A stretch of 64,000 nucleotides of DNA from Eledone cirrhosa (lineage: Eukaryota), in assembly GCA_964016885.1 (NCBI GenBank), contig OZ024758.1:34658001-34722000 (forward strand), given 5' to 3'. Within the stretch, counting starts at the first letter, position 1. The number at the start of each line of letters is the position of its first letter. Both the position numbers and the translations under genes were made by a program. Shown one piece after another: positions 52,350-63,000 of the stretch. The notes below the pieces were generated by a model, which ran no database searches, had not been told where the DNA came from, and saw only the letters and a program-made list of their open reading frames with translations.

Positions 52350-55300
52350 GGTATTAGCTGTCAGAAGTCACTCCACTGTTGGTGAGAATTCATTTAAGTT
52401 CATGGTATTAGCTGTCAGAAGTAACTCCACTGTTGGTGAGAATTCATTTAAGTTCATGGTATTAGCTGTCAGAAGTAACTCCACTTTTGGTGAGAATTCA
52501 TTTAAGTTCATGGTATTAGCTGTCAGAAGTAACTCCACTGTTGGTGAGAATTCATTTAAGTTCATGGTATTAGCTGTCAGAAGTAACTCCACTGTTGGTG
52601 AGAATTCATTTAAGTTCATGGTATTAGCTGTCAGAAGGAACGCCACTGTTGGTGAGAATTCATTTAAATTCATGGTATTAGCTGTCAGAAGTAACTCCAC
52701 TGTTGGTGAGAATTCATTTAAGTCCATGGTACTAGCTGTCAGAAGTAACTCCAATGTTGGTGAGAATTCATTTATGTTCATGGTATTAGCTGTCAGAAGG
52801 AATTCCACTGTTGCTGAGAATTCATTTAAGTTCATGGTATTAGCTGTCAGAAGTAACTCCACTGTTGGTGAGAATTCATTTAAGTTCATGGTATTAGCTG
52901 TCAGAAGTCACTCCAATGTTGGTGAGAATTCATTTAAGTTCATGGTATTAGCTGTCAGAAGTCACTCCACTGTTGGTGAGAATTCATTTAAGTTCATGGT
53001 ACTAGCTGTCAGAAGTAACCCCAATGTTGGTGAGAATTCATTTAAGTTCATGGTATTAGCTGTCAGAAGTCACTCCAATGTTGGTGAGAATTCATTTAAG
53101 TTCATGGTATTAGCTGTCAGAAGTAACTCCACTGTTGGTGAGAATTCATTTAAGTTCATGGTATTAGTTTGTCAGAAGTAACTCCACTGTTGGTGAGAAT
53201 TCATTTAAGTCATGGTATTAGTTGTCAGAAGTAACTCCAATGTTGGTGAGAATTCATTTAAGTTCATGGTATTAGCTGTCAGAAGGAACTCCACTGTTGG
53301 TGAGAATTCATTTAAGTTCATGGTATTAGCTGTCAGAAGGAACTCCAATGTTGGTGAGAATTCATTTAAGTCATGGTACTAGCTGTCAGATGTAACTCCA
53401 CTGTTGGTGAGAATTCATTTAAGTTCATGGTATTAGCTGTCAGAAGGAACGCCACTGTTGGTGAGAATTAATTTAAGTTCATGGTATTAGCTGTCAGAAG
53501 TAACTCCACTGTTGGTGAGAATTCATTTAAGTTCATGGTACTAGCTGTCAGAAGTAACTCCAATGTTGGTGAGAATTCATTTAAGTTCATGGTATTAGCT
53601 GTCAGAAGGAACTCCACTGTTGGTGAGAATTCATTTAAGTTCATGGTATTAGCTGTCAGAAGTAACTCCACTGTTGGTGAGAATTCATTTAAGTCATGGT
53701 ATTAGCTGTCAGAAGTAACTCCATTGTTGGTGAGAATTCATTTAAGTCATGGTACTAGCTGACAGAAGTAACTCCACTGTTGGTGAGAATTCATATAAGT
53801 TCATGGTATTAGCTGTCAGAAGTCACTCCAATGTTGGTGAGAATTCATTTAAGTTCATGGTATTAGCTGTCAGAAGTCACTCCACTGTTGGTGAGAATTC
53901 ATTTAAGTTCATGGTACTAGCTGTCAGAAGTAACCCCAATGTTGGTGAGAATTCATTTAAGTTCATGGTATTAGCTGTCAGAAGTCACTCCAATGTTGGT
54001 GAGAATTCATTTAAGTTCATGGTATTAGCTGTCAGAAGTAACTCCACTGTTGGTGAGAATTCATTTAAGTTCATGGTATTAGTTTGTCAGAAGTAACTCC
54101 ACTGTTGGTGAGAATTCATTTAAGTCATGGTATTAGTTGTCAGAAGTAACTCCAATGTTGGTGAGAATTCATTTAAGTTCATGGTATTAGCTGTCAGAAG
54201 GAACTCCACTGTTGGTGAGAATTCATTTAAGTTCATGGTATTAGCTGTCAGAAGGAACTCCAATGTTGGTGAGAATTCATTTAAGTCATGGTACTAGCTG
54301 TCAGATGTAACTCCACTGTTGGTGAGAATTCATTTAAGTTCATGGTATTAGCTGTCAGAAGGAACGCCACTGTTGGTGAGAATTCATTTAAGTTCATGGT
54401 ATTAGCTGTCAGAAGGAACGCCACTGTTGGTGAGAATTCATTTAAGTTCATGGTATTAGCTGTCAGAAGTCACTCCACTGTTGGTGAGAATTCATTTAAG
54501 TTCATGGTATTAGCTGTCAGAAGTAACTCCACTGTTGGTGAGAATTCATTTAAGTTCATGGTATTAGCTGTCAGAAGTAACTCCACTTTTGGTGAGAATT
54601 CATTTAAGTTCATGGTATTAGCTGTCAGAAGTAACTCCACTGTTGGTGAGAATTCATTTAAGTTCATGGTATTAGCTGTCAGAAGTAACTCCACTGTTGG
54701 TGAGAATTCATTTAAGTTCATGGTATTAGCTGTCAGAAGGAACGCCACTGTTGGTGAGAATTCATTTAAATTCATGGTATTAGCTGTCAGAAGTAACTCC
54801 ACTGTTGGTGAGAATTCATTTAAGTCCATGGTACTAGCTGTCAGAAGTAACTCCAATGTTGGTGAGAATTCATTTATGTTCATGGTATTAGCTGTCAGAA
54901 GGAATTCCACTGTTGCTGAGAATTCATTTAAGTTCATGGTATTAGCTGTCAGAAGTAACTCCACTGTTGGTGAGAATTCATTTAAGTTCATGGTATTAGC
55001 TGTCAGAAGTCACTCCAATGTTGGTGAGAATTCATTTAAGTTCATGGTATTAGCTGTCAGAAGTCACTCCACTGTTGGTGAGAATTCATTTAAGTTCATG
55101 GTACTAGCTGTCAGAAGTAACCCCAATGTTGGTGAGAATTCATTTAAGTTCATGGTATTAGCTGTCAGAAGTCACTCCAATGTTGGTGAGAATTCATTTA
55201 AGTTCATGGTATTAGCTGTCAGAAGTAACTCCACTGTTGGTGAGAATTCATTTAAGTTCATGGTATTAGTTTGTCAGAAGTAACTCCACTGTTGGTGAGA

Positions 55301-58300
55301 ATTCATTTAAGTCATGGTATTAGTTGTCAGAAGTAACTCCAATGTTGGTGAGAATTCATTTAAGTTCATGGTATTAGCTGTCAGAAGGAACTCCACTGTT
55401 GGTGAGAATTCATTTAAGTTCATGGTATTAGCTGTCAGAAGTAACTCCACTGTTGGTGAGAATTCATTTAAGTCATGGTATTAGCTGTCAGAAGTAACTC
55501 CATTGTTGGTGAGAATTCATTTAAGTCATGGTACTAGCTGACAGAAGTAACTCCACTGTTGGTGAGAATTCATATAAGTTCATGGTATTAGCTGTCAGAA
55601 GTCACTCCAATGTTGGTGAGAATTCATTTAAGTTCATGGTATTAGCTGTCAGAAGTCACTCCACTGTTGGTGAGAATTCATTTAAGTTCATGGTACTAGC
55701 TGTCAGAAGTAACCCCAATGTTGGTGAGAATTCATTTAAGTTCATGGTATTAGCTGTCAGAAGTCACTCCAATGTTGGTGAGAATTCATTTAAGTTCATG
55801 GTATTAGCTGTCAGAAGTAACTCCACTGTTGGTGAGAATTCATTTAAGTTCATGGTATTAGTTTGTCAGAAGTAACTCCACTGTTGGTGAGAATTCATTT
55901 AAGTCATGGTATTAGTTGTCAGAAGTAACTCCAATGTTGGTGAGAATTCATTTAAGTTCATGGTATTAGCTGTCAGAAGGAACTCCACTGTTGGTGAGAA
56001 TTCATTTAAGTTCATGGTATTAGCTGTCAGAAGGAACTCCAATGTTGGTGAGAATTCATTTAAGTCATGGTACTAGCTGTCAGATGTAACTCCACTGTTG
56101 GTGAGAATTCATTTAAGTTCATGGTATTAGCTGTCAGAAGGAACGCCACTGTTGGTGAGAATTCATTTAAGTTCATGGTATTAGCTGTCAGAAGGAACGC
56201 CACTGTTGGTGAGAATTCATTTAAGTTCATGGTATTAGCTGTCAGAAGTCACTCCACTGTTGGTGAGAATTCATTTAAGTTCATGGTATTAGCTGTCAGA
56301 AGTAACTCCACTGTTGGTGAGAATTCATTTAAGTTCATGGTATTAGCTGTCAGAAGTAACTCCACTTTTGGTGAGAATTCATTTAAGTTCATGGTATTAG
56401 CTGTCAGAAGTAACTCCACTGTTGGTGAGAATTCATTTAAGTTCATGGTATTAGCTGTCAGAAGTAACTCCACTGTTGGTGAGAATTCATTTAAGTTCAT
56501 GGTATTAGCTGTCAGAAGGAACGCCACTGTTGGTGAGAATTCATTTAAATTCATGGTATTAGCTGTCAGAAGTAACTCCACTGTTGGTGAGAATTCATTT
56601 AAGTCCATGGTACTAGCTGTCAGAAGTAACTCCAATGTTGGTGAGAATTCATTTATGTTCATGGTATTAGCTGTCAGAAGGAATTCCACTGTTGCTGAGA
56701 ATTCATTTAAGTTCATGGTATTAGCTGTCAGAAGTAACTCCACTGTTGGTGAGAATTCATTTAAGTTCATGGTATTAGCTGTCAGAAGTCACTCCAATGT
56801 TGGTGAGAATTCATTTAAGTTCATGGTATTAGCTGTCAGAAGTCACTCCACTGTTGGTGAGAATTCATTTAAGTTCATGGTACTAGCTGTCAGAAGTAAC
56901 CCCAATGTTGGTGAGAATTCATTTAAGTTCATGGTATTAGCTGTCAGAAGTCACTCCAATGTTGGTGAGAATTCATTTAAGTTCATGGTATTAGCTGTCA
57001 GAAGTAACTCCACTGTTGGTGAGAATTCATTTAAGTTCATGGTATTAGTTTGTCAGAAGTAACTCCACTGTTGGTGAGAATTCATTTAAGTCATGGTATT
57101 AGTTGTCAGAAGTAACTCCAATGTTGGTGAGAATTCATTTAAGTTCATGGTATTAGCTGTCAGAAGGAACTCCACTGTTGGTGAGAATTCATTTAAGTTC
57201 ATGGTATTAGCTGTCAGAAGGAACTCCAATGTTGGTGAGAATTCATTTAAGTCATGGTACTAGCTGTCAGATGTAACTCCACTGTTGGTGAGAATTCATT
57301 TAAGTTCATGGTATTAGCTGTCAGAAGGAACGCCACTGTTGGTGAGAATTAATTTAAGTTCATGGTATTAGCTGTCAGAAGTAACTCCACTGTTGGTGAG
57401 AATTCATTTAAGTTCATGGTACTAGCTGTCAGAAGTAACTCCAATGTTGGTGAGAATTCATTTAAGTTCATGGTATTAGCTGTCAGAAGGAACTCCACTG
57501 TTGGTGAGAATTCATTTAAGTTCATGGTATTAGCTGTCAGAAGTAACTCCACTGTTGGTGAGAATTCATTTAAGTCATGGTATTAGCTGTCAGAAGTAAC
57601 TCCATTGTTGGTGAGAATTCATTTAAGTCATGGTACTAGCTGACAGAAGTAACTCCACTGTTGGTGAGAATTCATATAAGTTCATGGTATTAGCTGTCAG
57701 AAGTCACTCCAATGTTGGTGAGAATTCATTTAAGTTCATGGTATTAGCTGTCAGAAGTCACTCCACTGTTGGTGAGAATTCATTTAAGTTCATGGTACTA
57801 GCTGTCAGAAGTAACCCCAATGTTGGTGAGAATTCATTTAAGTTCATGGTATTAGCTGTCAGAAGTCACTCCAATGTTGGTGAGAATTCATTTAAGTTCA
57901 TGGTATTAGCTGTCAGAAGTAACTCCACTGTTGGTGAGAATTCATTTAAGTTCATGGTATTAGTTTGTCAGAAGTAACTCCACTGTTGGTGAGAATTCAT
58001 TTAAGTCATGGTATTAGTTGTCAGAAGTAACTCCAATGTTGGTGAGAATTCATTTAAGTTCATGGTATTAGCTGTCAGAAGGAACTCCACTGTTGGTGAG
58101 AATTCATTTAAGTTCATGGTATTAGCTGTCAGAAGGAACTCCAATGTTGGTGAGAATTCATTTAAGTCATGGTACTAGCTGTCAGATGTAACTCCACTGT
58201 TGGTGAGAATTCATTTAAGTTCATGGTATTAGCTGTCAGAAGGAACGCCACTGTTGGTGAGAATTCATTTAAGTTCATGGTATTAGCTGTCAGAAGTAAC
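52350..58300 (+). repeat. Triplicated block with alternating 2102-bp and 1779-bp offsets
   Basis: Markers AAGTCCATGG and TTTATGTTC with ORF ends 53181/55283/57062 (+2102, +1779); GCTGACAGA and TCATATAAG with ORF starts 53749/55528/57630 (+1779, +2102). The middle copy lacks 323 bp (6 monomers). Confidence 0.9.
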
Positions 58301-60099
58301 TCCACTGTTGGTGAGAATTCATTTAAGTTCATGGTACTAGCTGTCAGAAGTAACTCCACTGTTGGTGAGAATTCTTTTAAGTTCATGGTATTAGCTGTCA
58401 GAAGTCACTCCAATGTTGGTGAGAATTCATTTAAGTTCATGGTATTAGCTGTCAGAAGTCACTCCACTGTTGGTGAGAATTCATTTAAGTTCATGGTACT
58501 AGCTGTCAGAAGTAACCCCAATGTTGGTGAGAATTCATTTAAGTTCATGGTATTAGCTGTCAGAAGTCACTCCAATGTTGGTGAGAATTCATTTAAGTTC
58601 ATGGTATTAGTTGTCAGAAGTAACTCCACTGTTGGTGAGAATTCATTTAAGTTCATGGTATTAGCTGTCAGAAGTAACTCCACTGTTGGTGAGAATTCAT
58701 TTAAGTTCATGGTATTAGCTGTCAGAAGTAACTCCACTGTTGGTGAGAATTCATTTAAGTCATGGTATTAGCTGTCAGAAGTAACTCCAATGTTGGTGAG
58801 AATTCATTTAAGTTCATGGTATTAGCTGTCAGAAGTCACTCCACTGTTGGTGAGAATTCATTTAAGTTCATGGTACTAGCTGTCAGAAGTAACACCAATG
58901 TTGGTGAGAATTCATTTAAGTTCATGGTATTAGCTGTCAGAAGTCGCTCCAATGTTGGTGAGAATTCATTTAAGTTCATGGTATTAGCTGTCAGAAGTAA
59001 CTCCACTGTTGGTGAGAATTCATTTAAGTTCATGGTATTAGCTGTCAGAAGTAACTCCACTTTTGGTGAGAATTCATTTAAGTTCATGGTATTAGCTGTC
59101 AGAAGTAACTCCACTGTTGGTGAGAATTCATTTAAGTTCATGGTATTAGCTGTCAGAAGTAACTCCACTGTTGGTGAGAATTCATTTAAGTTCATGGTAT
59201 TAGCTGTCAGAAGGAACGCCACTGTTGGTGAGAATTCATTTAAATTCATGGTATTAGCTGTCAGAAGTAACTCCACTGTTGGTGAGAATTCATTTAAGTT
59301 CATGGTACTAGCTGTCAGAAGTAACTCCAATGTTGGTGAGAATTCATTTAAGTTCATGGTATTAGCTGTCAGAAGGAATTCCACTGTTGCTGAGAATTCA
59401 TTTAAGTTCATGGTATTAGCTGTCAGAAGTAACTCCACTGTTGGTGAGAATTCATTTAAGTTCATGGTACTAGCTGTCAGAAGTAACTCCACTGTTGGTG
59501 AGAATTCATTTAAGTTCATGGTATTAGCTGTCAGAAGTCACTCCAATGTTGGTGAGAATTCATTTAAGTTCATGGTATTAGCTGTCAGAAGTCACTCCAC
59601 TGTTGGTGAGAATTCATTTAAGTTCATGGTACTAGCTGTCAGAAGTAACCCCAATGTTGGTGAGAATTCATTTAAGTTCATGGTATTAGCTGTCAGAAGT
59701 CACTCCAATGTTGGTGAGAATTCATTTAAGTTCATGGTATTAGCTGTCAGAAGTAACTCCACTGTTGGTGAGAATTCATTTAAGTTCATGGTATTAGTTT
59801 GTCAGAAGTAACTCCACTGTTGGTGAGAATTCATTTAAGTCATGGTATTAGTTGTCAGAAGTAACTCCAATGTTGGTGAGAATTCATTTAAGTTCATGGT
59901 ATTAGCTGTCAGAAGGAACTCCACTGTTGGTGAGAATTCATTTAAGTTCATGGTATTAGCTGTCAGAAGGAACTCCAATGTTGGTGAGAATTCATTTAAG
60001 TCATGGTACTAGCTGTCAGATGTAACTCCACTGTTGGTGAGAATTCATTTAAGTTCATGGTATTAGCTGTCAGAAGGAACGCCACTGTTGGTGAGAATT

Positions 60100-63000
60100 A
60101 ATTTAAGTTCATGGTATTAGCTGTCAGAAGTAACTCCACTGTTGGTGAGAATTCATTTAAGTTCATGGTACTAGCTGTCAGAAGTAACTCCAATGTTGGT
60201 GAGAATTCATTTAAGTTCATGGTATTAGCTGTCAGAAGGAACTCCACTGTTGGTGAGAATTCATTTAAGTTCATGGTATTAGCTGTCAGAAGTAACTCCA
60301 CTGTTGGTGAGAATTCATTTAAGTCATGGTATTAGCTGTCAGAAGTAACTCCATTGTTGGTGAGAATTCATTTAAGTCATGGTACTAGCTGTCAGAAGTA
60401 ACTCCAATGTTGGTGAGAATTCATTTAAGTCATGGTACTAGCTGTCAGAAGTAACTCCAATGTTGGTGAGAATTCATTTAAGTTCATGTTATTAGCTGTC
60501 AGAAGGAACTCCACTGTTGGTGAGAATACATTTAAGTTCATGGTACTAGCTGTCAGAAGTAACCCCAATGTTGGTGAGAATTCATTTAAGTTCATGGTAT
60601 TAGCTGTCAGAAGTCACTCCAATGTTGGTGAGAATTCATTTAAGTTCCTGGTATTAGCTGTCAGAAGTAACTCCACTGTTGGTAAGAATTCATTTAAGTT
60701 CATGGTATTAGCTGTCAGAAGTAACTCCACTGTTGGTGAGAATTCATTTAAGTTCATGGTATTAGCTGTCAGAAGGAACGCCACTGTTGGTGAGAATTCA
60801 TTTAAGTTCATGGTATTAGCTGTCAGAAGTAACTCCACTGTTGGTGAGAATTCATTTACGTTCATGGTACTAGCTGTCAGAAGTAATTCCAATGTTGGTG
60901 AGAATTCATTTAAGTTCATGGTATTAGCTGTCAGAAGGAACTCCACTGTTGGTGAGAATTCATTTAAGTTCATGGTATTAGCTGTCAGAAGGAACTCCAA
61001 TGTTGGTGAGAATTCATTTAAGTCATGGTACTAGCTGTCAGAAGTAACTCCACTGTTGGTGAGAATTCATTTAAGTTCATGGTATTAGCTGTCAGAAGGA
61101 ACGCCACTGTTGGTGAGAATTCATTTAAGTTCATGGTATTAGCTGTCAGAAGTAACTCCACTGTTGGTAAGAATTCATTTAAGTTCATGGTATTAGCTGT
61201 CAGAAGTAACTCCACTGTTGGTGAGAATTCATTTAAGTTCATGGTATTAGCTGTCAGAAGGAACGGCACTGTTGGTGAGAATTCATTTAAGTTCATGTTA
61301 TTAGCTGTCAGAAGGAACTCCACTGTTGGTGAGAATACATTTAAGTTCATGGTACTAGCTGTCAGAAGTAACCCCAATGTTGGTGAGAATTCATTTAAGT
61401 TCATGGTATTAGCTGTCAGAAGTCACTCCAATGTTGGTGAGAATTCATTTAAGTTCATGGTATTAGCTGTCAGAAGTAACTCCACTGTTGGTAAGAATTC
61501 ATTTAAGTTCATGGTATTAGCTCTCAGAAGTAACTCCACTGTTGGTGAGATTTCATTTAAGTTCATGGTATTAGCTGTCAGAAGGAACGCCACTGTTGGT
61601 GAGAATTCATTTAAGTTCATGGTATTAGCTGTCAGAAGTAACTCCACTGTTGGTGAGAATTCATTTAAGTTCATGGTACTAGCTGTCAGAAGTAACTCCA
61701 ATGTTGGTGAGAATTCATTTAAGTTCATGGTATTAGCTGTCAGAAGGAACTCCACTGTTGCTGAGAATTCATTTAAGTTCATGGTATTAGCTGTCAGAAG
61801 TAACTCCACTGTTGGTGAGAATTCATTTAAGTTCATGGTACTAGCTGTCAGAAGTAACTCCACTGTTGGTGAGAATTCATTTAAGTTCATGGTATTAGCT
61901 GTCAGAAGTCACTCCAATGTTGGTGAGAATTCTTTTAAGTTCATGGTATTAGCTGTCAGAAGTCACTCCACTGTTGGTGAGAATTCATTTAAGTTCATGG
62001 TACTAGCTGTCAGAAGTAACCCCAATGTTGGTGAGAATTCATTTAAGTTCATGGTATTAGCTGTCAGAAGTCACTCCAATGTTGGCGAGAATTCATTTAA
62101 GTTCATGGTATTAGCTGTCAGAAGTAACTCCACTGTTGGTGAGAATTCATTTAAGTTCATGGTATTAGCTGTCAGAAGTAACTCCACTGTTGGTGAGAAT
62201 TCATTTAAGTCATGGTATTAGTTGTCAGAAGTAACTCCAATGTTGGTGAGAATTCATTTAAGTTCATGGTATTAGCTTTCAGAAGGAACTCCACTGTTGG
62301 TGAGAATTCATTTAAGTTCATGTTATTAGCTGTCAGAAGGAACTCCAATGTTGGTGAGAATTCATTTAAGTCATGGTACTAGCTGTCAGATGTAACTCCA
62401 CTGTTGGTGAGAATTCATTTAAGTTCATGGTATTAGCTGTCAGAAGGAACGCCACTGTTGGTGAGAATTCATTTAAGTTCATGGTATTAGCTGTCAGAAG
62501 TAACTCCACTGTTGGTGAGAATTCATTTAAGTTCATGGTACTAGCTGACAGAACTAACTCAAATGTTGGTGAGAATTCATTTAAGTTCATGGTATTAGCT
62601 GTCAGAAGTAACTCCACTGTTGGTAAGAATTCATTTAAGTTCATGGTATTAGCTGTCAGAAGTAACTCCACTGTTGGTGAGAATTCATTTAAGTTCATGG
62701 TATTAGCTGTCAGAAGGAACGCCACTGTTGGTGAGAATTCATTTAAGTTCATGGTATTAGCTGTCAGAAGTAACTCCACTGTTGGTGAGAATTCATTTAC
62801 GTTCATGGTACTAGCTGTCAGAAGTAATTCCAATGTTGGTGAGAATTCATTTAAGTTCATGGTATTAGCTGTCAGAAGGAACTCCACTGTTGGTGAGAAT
62901 TCATTTAAGTTCATGGTATTAGCTGTCAGAAGGAACTCCAATGTTGGTGAGAATTCATTTAAGTCATGGTACTAGCTGTCAGAAGTAACTCCACTGTTGG

